Assembly: GCA_000320545.1 (NCBI GenBank)
Contig: ADNK01003500.1
Location: 43,097-107,096 of the forward strand
Reading direction: 5' to 3'
Length of the DNA: 64,000 nucleotides
From: Bigelowiella natans CCMP2755
Taxonomy: Eukaryota; Protista; Cercozoa
The position numbers were made by a program, and so were the translations under genes. This document shows positions 39,703 through 52,018 of this stretch, in pieces; position 1 is the first letter of the stretch; each line of letters opens with the position of its first letter. The notes under the pieces were generated by a model. It saw nothing but the letters and a program-made list of their open reading frames with translations. It made no database searches and was not told the DNA's origin.

Positions 39703-40896
39703 TCATGTTACAAATCCTATCTTTGGAATGCTAAGTGGGTTGAGGATATGATGAGAACTTAAAAAGATAGTTTGGAAAAATTTGACCATCTGTATGTTCC
39801 GTTGAAATACTATCTTTTTTGACCCGAGGAATGACGTTCTATCATTGTCGTGAACAACTTCATCTGTGTCACCCTTATTCAACGAAGAAATCGGCAACCT
39901 CGAAGGACTCGGTCGTTGGCCAGCTTCCTTTCGTTGCGGATGTTGATGATGCTGTGTGGTCGCTGCCAAGAAGGTCTTCCACTGGTTTCCAAAGGCGAGA
40001 AGGATCGTCAGAAGAAGGAAGCTCAAGTGCTGGAATACATTCGTTGCCGTCAACTCCATCTGCTGTGGAATTGCGAGTTCTGCTGACTCGGATTTGACGA
40101 CATTCGAATAAATTATATCCTGCAAATTATTTTCCTCGGTTGACGAAACACTCCTTTTGGAAAAAGTGTCACAACTTAACGACGATGGTGTTGGGGAACA
40201 ATTTAGCGACGATGGTGCTGGAGATTGTGGCAAAGGCGAAGAAGCTTTCACTGTCACGCCTTTCCTCAATTTCTCGTTCTCAGCAATCAAGGCTTGCATT
40301 TTTGCCATTAAATCATCGTTAGTTTCGCGAAGCTTCTTAACTTTGTTTTCCAGTTCCTGTAAATAAACTTTCTTCCGCTTTCTGGATTTCACTGCGGCCC
40401 GGCGATTCTGCTCTCTTCGACGAAGTTTCTTCTCATCAAGAGGTCTCTTTTTACCAGAGAGTAACCCGTCTTTTAGAACGATGTCTCGGCATTTCTTTCG
40501 GACACATTCATCCTTAATTTGAGGGACATCCCCTGATGAAGAATCGACCTCAGTTCTAGTAGTGTAAACTCTAGACTTCGATTTTGATTTCGGGTCACAG
40601 AGAGTAACTTTACGTGAAGATTGACCGGTAGGCGAAACCTCCCTCACCAATGCTCTACGTTGCTGAGTTCTTCGGTGGTTTGGAAGCTTCTGGCGCCTGT
40701 TTTTCTGCTCTCTCTGTTTTCCAACTATGGACTTTGGTGGGGATGCTGTGGGAATTGCTTCTTGCTTTTCCTGCTTAACCTGCACCTGGGCTGCTCGTGG
40801 GCTAACTAAGGCACAGTTTGATTCATGGGGCCTACTGCAACTTAAAAAGTTTTCGAACAACCGCTCAACATCCTGGCACTTGGTATTTTTTACCAT
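39703..40896 (-). CDS. bZIP transcription factor, XBP1/HAC1/bZIP60-like UPR regulator (unspliced form 397 aa; predicted IRE1-spliced form 333 aa ending at 39875)
   Basis: Basic region RRREQNRRAAVKSRKRKK plus zipper YLQELENKVKKLRETNDDLMAKMQALIAENEKL. ESAEL...QQ follows the bZIP domain, as in XBP1 ESAAL...LQQ. Hydrophobic segment LSFLLLTILLAF lies downstream. Confidence 0.88.
   Translation of the reverse strand: MVKNTKCQDVERLFENFLSCSRPHESNCALVSPRAAQVQVKQEKQEAIPTASPPKSIVGKQREQKNRRQKLPNHRRTQQRRALVREVSPTGQSSRKVTLCDPKSKSKSRVYTTRTEVDSSSGDVPQIKDECVRKKCRDIVLKDGLLSGKKRPLDEKKLRRREQNRRAAVKSRKRKKVYLQELENKVKKLRETNDDLMAKMQALIAENEKLRKGVTVKASSPLPQSPAPSSLNCSPTPSSLSCDTFSKRSVSSTEENNLQDIIYSNVVKSESAELAIPQQMELTATNVFQHLSFLLLTILLAFGNQWKTFLAATTQHHQHPQRKEAGQRPSPSRLPISSLNKGDTDEVVHDNDRTSFLGSKKIVFQRNIQMVKFFQTIFLSSHHILNPLSIPKIGFVT
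40046..40101 (-). other. IRE1-type unconventional splicing element: two stem-loops, 20-nt intron at 40063-40082
   Basis: The minus strand reads CGAGT-CAGCAGA-ACTCG then CAATTCCA-CAGCAGA-TGGAGTTG. Both are 7-nt CNG^CNGN loops on stems, and the flanking exon sequences can pair with each other. Confidence 0.85.
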
Positions 40897-41772
40897 CTCA
40901 GAGAGCTTTAGCTCTCTGCTGTGCTAAGGCCTATGCGAGGGCGTACTGGATGTGTGGGGGGGTTCGTGCGAATTCGCTGCTTTCAGGTTTAGTGCCGTGA
41001 AATAAATCGCCGAACGTAGCCTAATTTTTAGTATTGATCTATATTCTTGGATACGACATGCCTCAATGAATGAATCTCATGTAAATGAGCGTTCAATCAA
41101 TTCAACACCAAATCTGGAATGTTAAAATCAACAAATCCAGAACTTTTGTTGGATTGATATCTTATACTGTTCAGAGAAATAGACTTAATTTCTACGATGT
41201 TTTCATTTTTCAGAGCAATAAGAGAAGAAATATCAACTAATTCTTCCACAACGTCCCCAGAAATTATTCTTAAACTCATCAACACGTACGTCGAAATTCG
41301 CGAATTCATTTTCTTGTCCAAATTTTGATTTTATGCTCGAAGAAAATGGGAACAAAAATCATTTATTCGGCTAGCCTGTTTGCATGCATGATGGCAAAGA
41401 TTTCCCCAAATATTTGAGGAAATCCATCCAAATTCTTCATCTATGGATGTTGCTCAAGGAAGGAAGCAAGCATCAAAATGAAACAAAAGAAGTGCATTGT
41501 GTATACGCTCGTACGCGTAGATCTAGTCGATTGTTCTCTAGATGTCGTTGGTAGACCCACATGTTCAGACTTAGCTGTTTTCAAGCCATAGGTCATGATC
41601 ATGCTTGTCTTCTCCTCTAAATCACATTCTCATTAGAAAAATAAAAATATGATGGAAGTATTCGTCATATTTCGCATGAAAATGTTTCTACTAATTGACA
41701 TCGCACAACACTTCTTGCAACAACAAACAACGCGTGATCACAACAGACGCAAGTGAGACGCAAGTGGCAACC

Positions 41773-43156
41773 ATGGAGTGGAGCTTGGAGAGGAGCGAGC
41801 AGTTTGTCGACACGATGAGAATAATGCTTGCGGGCTATGACCAGGATCCCTCTGCACGATATCCAACCACTATTGAGCAGGTAGCAATAACACAATGACT
41901 ACTACATGTAAGAAATGCAATCAACGGTGGAGAGCCTTTCTGGGATCATTTTAGCTTTCGGAAGTTTGTTCGAGGCATCTCGATAACTTTGAGTGAATTA
42001 ATACAATCCATCAACAATAACATCAGACTGCTCGGTGTTTAAATGCGCTCCCAAAGGTAGCACAATGACAATAATGTTCTTATCATCACCGAAGGGTGTG
42101 TTTTGAGATCTTAAATACAAAAGGAGCAGGCCGAGAGTGCTCTGCGCGACTTCTCTAAATCTGCACGGGAGGCAGTTCAAGTGATGCAAAGAAAACTTGC
42201 TGAAGGGATAATAACATCAACACCTTCGATCGATAAATCGATTCGCAGGACCCCATACCGGACACCTTCAAGAAGTATGAATATGTTGTTAAAAGTAGCA
42301 CTAATAAATATCCCGACAACAATATTTCCCTATCCAAGAAGCTACCAATGCTTGAGGATGAAACTATTAGTTCTCGAACGTTTTTATAATTTACATCTAA
42401 GAGAAATGAGGTGGCGCAGTAGATATAACATTTTGGATAATTATCCTGCTTGCTTGCTTCTCGCTTTCATTTTTCTCTTCGTTGGGTTTCAATGGCGGTG
42501 AAATGCGGCCATTTGGCTCATTGGTTCATATATTTTGTGCATTTAATAATGAAGTCCCTATCTCGGGTAAGGAGTACATTTGGGCCTCTTGCGGCACCTT
42601 TCTCCTTTCTCTTTGTAATTGAGCATTGCCATCATCCGTGTAGCTCTGCTACTCTTGGGCTGAACCAGCTAATGATAAAACTCCTTACACTACCCGATAA
42701 TTGTTACCATTGCCGCTACACAGAGAAATCAGTACATTGGATTCAGTATGTAGACGAAAAAACGCAGCGCGCATACTACGAAAATCAGCTTACTGGGTAC
42801 GTCCTGTTGATGGACGGTAGAGAAGGGGGGGGGGGGGGGACATTAACATCGTAAAATAGTACTTGGCAGAGCAATAACATATGGTGCGACACTACGGAAT
42901 GATATCCTATGTTACGCTGCTATGCTACCGATCTTGAAATTCCCTGCAATTCTAAAAATGATGTAGCGAAACAACATGGGAATGCCCGAAGTCCCAATTC
43001 AAGGTAGACTAATTCAGCATAACATTTCTTAATTCTTCTGTAGTATAATCGTACAATTGTTTTTAATTGCAAAAGCGTTATCCTTCATTGCTTGTCTGTT
43101 CTCCTACACCACTTTCTGGCAATTTCAACATTGATCTCTTGTTCTTTCTTGTTCCG

Positions 43157-43193
<37 letters not shown>

Positions 43194-43212
43194 ATCGATC
43201 GATCTATGCACA

Positions 43213-43266
<54 letters not shown>

Positions 43267-44591
43267 AGAGGGGGGGGGGGGGGAAGATTATCAATCATCC
43301 TTGGAAGCCACTTACGTTCTTAATGTTGTAAAGATTGACGGACAAGACTTTGTTGAGTGGGAAGAGGATGCTTTCACTGAGGAGGAATTTTTAGGTTGCA
43401 AGATAATTTTCAGTGCATCTTCTTTCCGGAAGAAGTCAAATTGACGAATTAATGACGATGATGATGATGATGATGATGGTGATGGTAGTGGTAGTGGTAA
43501 CGATGATCCATGCCTAATTTCTCCATTTAATACTCTGTGGGTCTATACTTTTGTGCTGCGATGGTGGGATTAGTTGCCACGAAGAGGGCGTTCGACATGG
43601 TGGATCAGGATAAAAATGGGATGATTGAAGAGAGGGAACTCAAGGTTTCAACGATCCACAAATACTCTTAATAGAAGAGATCACAGAATCTGTGCATTGA
43701 TCGCTCACCTTGACGTGTGTGGATGGCTTTACGTGATAATACGTGAAAGTAGGGCAAGCGTTGTATACCGTGTTGTCCAGGATGAGAGTAATTGGGTGTG
43801 TTGTTTTGATGCTTCCAGGATTTTCTGGCGAAAACAAACAAGGCGAGCCAATTTGATGACATGAAGCAGCTCATTCCTAAGGTTGGAGCAGCGACAGTTC
43901 AGTGATGATAAACTAGAGGATTGCCTGGATCTTACATACTACTACTAGTGCGATTGATTTTAATCTTTCTATCCCTTCTGTTTATTGGCGTGTTTATTGG
44001 CGTTGTAATTCTCATCAATATTTCCCTCCTTGTTGTCCTTACAATCCAAGATTCGTGATCTTGGTAGTTTTCGTGCATTTTGGGACGCTGTATTGGATGC
44101 TTACGGTAATAGGAAATGCTGATAGATGACCAAAGGACCGGGAATAATACCAAAAATGTTATGCTTCCTTCTGGAACCGTACGTGTTAGCTTCATTCGTC
44201 GTTCCATGATTCATTTCCATTGGAGAAATCTGGATGATACAGTGATAAAAAGTGTGGAGGAGAGAGAAATGGAGATGAAAGAAAGCACGTAGCGAATAAA
44301 TAAATATACTTAATTTTCCTGATTACTACCACGTTCGATTTAGAATATATAATATAATATATATATATATATATATATATTAATATATTACATATAAATG
44401 AAACGATCGATTCAGGCACTACAAGATGTCTCGAGCTATTCAAACAACAGTTCAGTTTCTCTATTACTCCGGAAGGTATTTCAAGTGTACTGTGCCTGCA
44501 TTCTTTATTCTCATTTCGTTATTTATTTCTCTATTTACTAGTGCCGTCCATTGTCTACGAGACTCCTGAAACCTCCCCTACGAAGCCGTGA
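41773..44591 (+). CDS. WW-domain and EF-hand protein, multi-exon
   Basis: Spliced WW domain HWIQYVDEKTQRAYYENQLTG|ETTWECP; EF-hand AFDMVDQDKNGMIERGELK; last exon VPSIVYETPETSPTKP*. Start uncertain. Confidence 0.65.
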
Positions 44592-45139
44592 TGATGACAT
44601 AGCTAGCTTGCTCGCGGGTTTCTTCGATCGTAGATGCGCGCTTGCAGGTCTCAAAATAAGTCACGATTTTGTAGAACCATTGTTGAGGGGTTACGATTTG
44701 TTTAGTAGCGCCGACAATAATATAGTTTTATAGGTATCAATTGTCATCATAGATGTAAAAAATGCAAAATTTTGATGCAACATGTGATTGTACGGCAGCA
44801 TAATTTTTATTGATTGCTAGTTCATTGCACGCATGTGTGCGCCCCACACTACACGCACCATGCTAGCATGGTGCGTGTGCCTAGTATACTAGCGACGATA
44901 ATAGTTGTGTGTGCAGAGCATTTACCGTTCTCACAACGCGTGCATGACGTAGCAGCCCCAAGAGCACCGAGACTGGCGAAGTTAAGCAATGTGATGACAG
45001 TGTGTCGTGCGTGATGATCGATTGATGTCGCATATCGCTAGATCGCTCGAGCAGAGCCGTGCATCGCTAGCAGCATGTCCAGATGTATTCGATTCTGCAT
45101 TGGCGCGGTTCACGCTAGCACGCTGCATACTGTGATATA

Positions 45140-45223
45140 GAGACGGATGTAGTGAAGTGATTAAATCTTTTCAATAGTCACCCTATGTAGCTATGCAACG
45201 CAGCAGCGGCTACAGCGGTTATG
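45140..45223 (+). repeat. Dispersed intergenic repeat, copy A (copy B at 52332-52423)
   Basis: GAGACGGATG..TGAAGTG.TTAAATCTTTTCAA..GTCA.CCTA.TGTAGCTATG...AGCAGCGGCTACAGCG.TTATG is shared between the two copies. Confidence 0.85.
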
Positions 45224-45603
45224 CTGCATCCTGTAGTGTGCGAGTGGTTTTATTAGCATGCCGGCTATGCAATGATGCGAGCAGGTATCGATGATGTCAT
45301 TAGTTTCTCCCTAGAAATCGGAAAGTGTCTCTGGCTAGCTGGGCACCGCAATCTATAAATCCGTGCTACTAATGATGATGCGCCCGTAGCAACCTGGCAA
45401 AGCACGAGGCTACACATGTCATCACGTACGTACACCCATGATTGTGCAGCACACATGGCTATGCAATGTCATGGCCCTGCTAGCCTGCTGCCCGCACATG
45501 CAGATATACTCCACAGCCCGAATGATGATATCAAGTGTGATAAACGTTTCAAAATTAAATGATGCATTCATCGAAAATTGCCCCAGAAACATGGACGTTA
45601 GTA

Positions 45604-47703
45604 TCAGGACGGCTTAAGTTTGATTTGTGGTGGTCTGTATTCAAGTTCCTCGGCTAACCCTGAAGCTCCACCACGAGGCCCAAGGAGGACTTTGCGCTGA
45701 AATCTGTAGAAAGAAAAGGCGTTGTTGTAGACTTTCACGTACTATGATAGTTTTGAGATATTCATACCTGTAGAACTCCGCAGCGCCAGGCTTCAGCATG
45801 ATGAAGAAATTGTCATTCGAGGTGCCAGCACCACCTGATCGTGTGAATTCTCTCTTCCATTTAAAGTCAAGACCGCCGTCTTCTTCCACTTGGTCTTCGG
45901 CGTTGTGCTCAGGATCCCGTTCATACAAAGCCTGGTGGTCTTGGCTTATGGACAAGATCAAAGACTTCTCGGACTGAACGCTCTCCTACGAGTTTTAACG
46001 CGCAAGAAGAAGAAGAAGATACGCACCAGAAAGTCGTGAGACAAGGAACAAAATTTCAGGGCGCCTCAACATCATTTGCGACACTGTGTGAAGAAACACT
46101 TCTCTAGTCGAATATTCCAGAAATTCTTTCGTGTTTTCTCAACATAATGGCCAATTTAGTGTCTTGAAGGAAGAAGCACAACATTTCATCTACATCCATT
46201 TTCTTCCTCCCTCTCCACTTACCTCCATTTCAGGCTCTGAAAATTGAATCCAGCTATACGAGAAGGGGTGCTGCGAAGGAGTTGGAAGAAGGGGAGCTAC
46301 ATTCACTGCCTTCAAATGGGGTTTCGACGGATGCTCTGGCTGAGCGTTGGCCTTCTCAAACGAACTGACAATAGCTTTGATCTGGTACTCCCGTGTACTC
46401 TTTTCCCTGCGTTCCCGTCGTTTCTGCCGTGCCATTTCTTGCGCCTTCTCTTCCAGTGCAGCTTTCGAAACATGCTTGCTCGTTTTACCGTACCTGATTA
46501 TTCAATGTAACATAACAAATGGAAGTTAATAGCTGACTAGCAACAACTGACTTCATCCATTTGAGGAAGAAATAGTTCTCAACACATATCAGGAAGGAGT
46601 TGAAAAAGAAGGCTACTCGACGTTCACACAATACGGACCAGTCGTGGACAGGAACAGCGACTTTCTCAGCCAGCCGACCGGAAGCTTTTCTTCATCCTGG
46701 AGGAGAGGCGAGAAAGAGTAGAAAAGGAGGATTGTAAGCTATTATTGCAGAGGTATTGCTCTCTCCAAACAAAGGAAACAACCACTCTATCGAATGATAA
46801 AGCTTATACCATTCCCATCAATATCATCATCATCATCCTCACTATCATCCTGTCATCATCGTCAAATTCTTCATTCCTACCTCGTCCTCTGCAGGCTCTG
46901 GTTCAAACAATACGGCATCCTCCGGATCCAAAGGTGGTCGTCTGATGTTTCCGTCTTCATCTCCTTCATCCATTCTTTCTGCAGCCTCTCTGTATTGATC
47001 CACGTTGACGAGGTCGATTGGAACACCAAGGAGTCGCTCCGGATAGACGTCAAATTCACGCTTCAAGTCGAGGTAAGATGCACAGTATCTTTAAAACAAG
47101 AGCACACAAGAGAAGAATAAGAAGAAATGTCAGGAAAAGATCGTCAAGGGGGTCCGTTTTAGAGCAAATTTCACGCGGGATATAACGAATTTTCATCCAT
47201 CCTTTCTAATGGCATCCCTCTCGTTCGCTGACTGTAAAAACTAATTTACGAAATGATACGCCTTTCACCCTCACCTTGTAAGACGATCTTCGGGATGCGG
47301 ATAGCGTAACATCTTCATGTGCGCATGAGGTTCTGGCAGCGATGTCTGATACCTCACTTTACATAAAAACCGCGATCTCCTGAAACAATCGAATAAAATA
47401 ATCAACAAAATCTGTCACGATGTGCAGCAAAAAGATTCCACGCAAAAGAAGTGTGCTGCGGCATGGGCAATTATACTTTTTGGGGTCTCCCTGCTTCTTT
47501 GACTGTACGGATGAGTGCTTCCGCTGGAAGAAGTGTAACGAATGAGTTGAAACATGAGATAGTTAGGAGTGCGCAGTTTCTTCATTGTTCTTTGGAAAAT
47601 AATATATTGTGGTAGTTGCAGGAAGACTTGCGCATGATTAGTTTCAATTGATGCTGGAAACGATCTTAAATACCTTCCGTAGTTCCTTTTTTCCCCCTCC
47701 CAT
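45604..47703 (-). CDS. PAF1: RNA polymerase II-associated factor 1 (PAF1 complex subunit), multi-exon
   Basis: MGGGKKELRK|RKHSSVQSKKQGDPKK|RSRFLCKVRYQTSLPEP; LLGVPIDLVN; LDPEDAVL; VGWLRKS; QIKAIVSSFEKAN..HPSKPHLKAVNVAPLLP; FKWKREF. These are Paf1 motifs in the expected order. Confidence 0.85.
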
Positions 47704-47777
47704 TCTTCAAACTTCCAGAGCGGCTAGTCAGCAAACAACAGAAATGTTGTGAAATAAATTGGATCGTTAACCTCCTC

Positions 47778-47820
<43 letters not shown>

Positions 47821-48456
47821 ACAGAAATAAAGAAAGAGACACGCATAATACACGATGTGCACATGTCACTGAAAGGAATGCTGTGTGAAGTAGATGTGCA
47901 ACCTCCTCTCTCCCCCTACTTGAATTGGAAAATTGCGGATGGTGCTTCGCTGCTACTACTACTGACGTACACGCTGCGATAAGTAGCTTAAAAGGTTGTC
48001 GCTCTAGCTAAATTCCCCTATATCTCTCCTCGTATCTCAAACACGAACTACGATCAGAATATATTTCAAAATACATTCATCTAACGACGATCGAAGTTTA
48101 GGTACGACATCGGAACTTATTTGTCGCAGGAATTTTTATGGCTATTTTCCCCAACAAGAGCATCAAATCGTGTGAATCTTAAATTTGGTATATATTCAGA
48201 CTCCCAGCATGAACGGCTCTCTTCGTAGGGGGACATAAGGCTCTCTGCCCTGGGACATTGGAGGATGAGACGGAGGACTTGAGCCTCTGTAAAGTATTAA
48301 TCTAGCTCGGAGATGGTCCGCACTATTTTTGGAAACTAGAGAGAGAAAAGGATTCGTGACAGCTGAATGATGGCCATTCATCGGTACGGTGCTGTCGATG
48401 CAGGCTTTATCTCTGTGGATCCGAATTATGGTTTGATAGAACTCAAGGAAGCTAAG

Positions 48457-49482
48457 ATGCGGAAGCGACTAAGTTCATGGAAGAAGTTGATTCGACGGGT
48501 TGCAATCTTGACGCTTGCTTTTTGTGCGCTGGCGAACTCGTCCGCCATCGCAAGTTCCGAGGTTATCACCTTATCTTCCGAAGTGAGAGGCACGGAACCA
48601 GGTCTAATGTCGGCTGCTCACAGAGATAGGAAAAGAAAGGTACATTCTTTCATTTCTTCAAAAACGCGTGAATCATGATTTGCGTGCCCTCTCACTTTGA
48701 TTGTACTCCTAGCGGACGTGGCGACCGCATTGGAAGAAGAATAAACAGAAATCTAAAACAAAGTCCTTGCTATCGTCTGCTCGTGCGTCTTTACTGTCTG
48801 AAGCGACATACCGTGAAGCTCTAACAGACCCATGGAAGTTGCTTTCCATCGCCCGACGAGCGAAAAGAGAGAGGAGCAAGGCAAGGAATACGACCGATAT
48901 GAACGATACTAGTAGAAATTTTACTGCTGCTGCTGGTACCGAAGGAACTAAATCAGCTGAGAACGTGGAGAAGAAAATGATAATTGAAGGCGAAGAAGCT
49001 GCTTCGGTTTATGCTGGTATAGACCGGAATTCTACTAGCTCCCCTATCGAGAAGAAGGTGGTTGTGGCCGTGATAGGATGCCTCCATGGGCAGCTTGAGA
49101 CAGCCTACGAAACTCTTAAGACCATCGAGAGGAAAAGCGGGATATTAATTGATTTTGTCATTGTCGCTGGAGATTTTCAGGTGTGGATATGTAAGAGGGG
49201 ATTGAGTGGGGAAAGCACGAGGGAGGAGGAAGAGATCTAGCACCCGGGATGAATTTGATACGAAAATACTGATATTTTCATTGTTTGTCCAAGGCCCACT
49301 TCCCCATTCCTCCGAACTGATAATATCGTAATAACATTATCATTTCTTCACAATGATATAAGGCTATACGGAACGAAGAGGACCTATCGTTTATGGTGTG
49401 TCCACCGAAATACCGCCAAATGGGAACGTTCTTCAAGTATTACAATGTAAGAGCATCCATCTCTTCTCCACACACCAACACA

Positions 49483-49525
<43 letters not shown>

Positions 49526-50426
49526 TTTATTTAGGGTGAGCTGCTAGCGCCTTACTTAACATATTACGTGGGAGGGAACCATGAGGCCTCCAACTTCCAC
49601 GCAGGTCATTGCTGGGATTTTATTCCTCACGTCTGTCCTTTGATTTTTACTCCTCCATCGCCCTCTTGGAAGGTCCTGTGTGACTATGCTACTTCTACAT
49701 GTACCGTGGTTCATTTTCCTCCTCCCCCTCCATTGTTCTGCTTTGCTTTTTGCTTATTCCCTCTGACCGATACCTGATGGCGGATCCTCCTTCGGCTCAG
49801 AGCTCCCTGAAGGGGGATGGGTCGCGCCTAATATATTCTACATGGGTTATTGGTTCGTCTCGTCATCATCTCTCGCTTTAAACCTCCCTTCCGTCCTTTC
49901 ATCAAAATCACATCATCGTCGCCACTATGATGATCAGCGGAGTTGTCGAGTCACACGGGTTGAGGATTGCGGGAATATCAGGGATATACAACAAGTACTT
50001 GGCATAAACAGCACACCTGTGCAATGTCACTATGACCATCTGATCTTCCCTCCTCATTCTCATCTTCTTCTCAAGTCACCACCATCGTGCTTCTGCTGCC
50101 ACCAGGTACGATTATCGAGCTCCTCGCTCTTGCGCTGCTGCTAAGGTTGAAATCACTCCAAGTAATGCTTCGAGCCTCAGCGAACGCAGCTACCACAACG
50201 ACACCGTTGAGGTTGCTAATCCCCAAAATCATGGTGGAGAAGGCCGGTTCTTCCGCAGGAATCATTATGACTCCTCCTCTGCAGATGCAAAGGAGTATAA
50301 CCGAAGGAGGTTGCTACCTCCTTGATGTTTGTCATTTATGTCTATCGGTTCTCTTTCCCTTCCTTCAAGTTGTGCGTGAAAGATAAAGAGCTTGAGCGTG
50401 AGGGGGGGGAGAGAGCAGGACGAGGG

Positions 50427-50473
<47 letters not shown>

Positions 50474-50994
50474 GTTATGGTACATTCCATTATGCTTCTG
50501 CCTTATTCCTAAGACTAAGATGTGATGATTATTAGCATGTATCATGTGCGTGAGTGCGACATCGATGCGCTGATCAAGATGGCGTTGACGGCGAGAAAGA
50601 ATGGTGGATTTAAAGAGGAGGAGGAGGAGGAGGGAGAGGTGAAGAAACAGGAGACTGAGCCGGTAATCAATGTGACTGTTTAGGGGGGGGGGAGACCGCT
50701 GGCCACTAAATATATTCTGATAATAATAGGCAAATCAGCAGCAGCAAAGGGGTGATGATGCCAATGGCATGATCGATATTCTAATCTCGCACGACTGGCC
50801 CCGAAATATCACTGATCATGGAAGTAGTGTTGAATTGATGATAATGATGATGATGAGGATGATGATGACTATGATGACGACGACGGGATAATAGCATGAA
50901 GGTCACCGCAGCCAAAATGCATCGTGGTTCTGTACATACTGAAAAGCAGTGCTATTGCTTTTACTCTTCGATCATATTGGTGATAAGCATGATT

Positions 50995-51028
<34 letters not shown>

Positions 51029-52018
51029 CATCACCGCCATCGTCCTTGTCGTCGTCATCATCCTTCTTCCCAAAATGATATGTATTTGTGCTGCTGGTAG
51101 ACGTAAGGAAGCTTCTGTGGAAGAAACGGTTCCTAAAGAACGACATTCGAAGCAGGTGGGTGATGATGGTGTTGGGCGTTAATGGCTATGAATGGCTCCT
51201 GAGAAGGGCCTCGTGGGTATGCTGTTTTTGGGTGAGATGATGAAGTGAAGTAGCAATACCTTACTATCAATGCCATGCCTCTTATAAAGGATCATGTGCA
51301 AACGGTTTGTGGTAGAACTGTGTTGATTAAGTATTTGGCTTCATCTTCCCTCCCTCCTCCTATTTCATTCCTTCTTCTTCTCTTCTTCTTCTTCTTGATC
51401 TTTTTCTCTCCTTCTCACAGACTGCTAGGCAACCCCGGCGCAACACGACTGATGAAGGCTCTCAAGCCAAGGTATGGTATATTATCCACTAACAACAAAC
51501 AACAACCCATATGATATCACGAAGCATCTCTCCTTTAAGGCCTTAGCCGACGTGCCAAAGAAACACCAACTTAGCGGGAGAATAGGAGAGCTTAAGGCTC
51601 ATCATAATTTATCCGTGTAGCGCGAGCGTACCAATTTTTTTCCAATGCAAATGACAGCAGTGACAACAATGAGAACGGTGCGCGTCGAAATCTCGCAGCT
51701 CTGATGCTACGATATCGAGGTCAATGTCTCTCTATCTTCAGGTACTATTTCGCCGCCCATCTTCACACAAAGTTTGCTGCATTGGTAGAGCACGACAACG
51801 ATGGTTGTCATTGCACGCGATTTCTGGCACTGGATAAGGTTACTACCGATCTACCCTCGCAGAAGGATAGTAGGACAATGCCAAAGATGCTACGCACGTG
51901 TAATCAGAGCCTACCTCATGATGCTCGTGCACATCTACAGGTTGTACCCGGCAGGGATTTTGTCCAGATCCTTGAAATACCGACGTCATCAGCGAACAAT
52001 AAATCGAGGAAAGGTTGA
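48457..52018 (+). CDS. DBR1: RNA lariat debranching enzyme with a long N-terminal signal-peptide-bearing leader
   Basis: All metallophosphoesterase motifs appear across exons: GCLHG, GDFQ|AIRN...CPPKYR, GGNHEASN, GGWVAPNIFYMG, GISGIY, YHVR, ISHDWP, LGNP, AAHLHTKFAA, TRFLALDK|VVPGRDFVQILEI. An alternative in-frame ATG lies at 48367. Confidence 0.92.

Noticed and set aside
40556-40613. Possible 58-nt GT-AG intron in the bZIP gene
   Set aside because: Removing it shifts the frame, the alternative upstream frames contain stops, and the ORF is already continuous.
45140-45223. Repeat considered as a tRNA/SINE or CRISPR-like unit
   Set aside because: No cloverleaf or clear B box is visible, there are only two dispersed copies and no spacer array.
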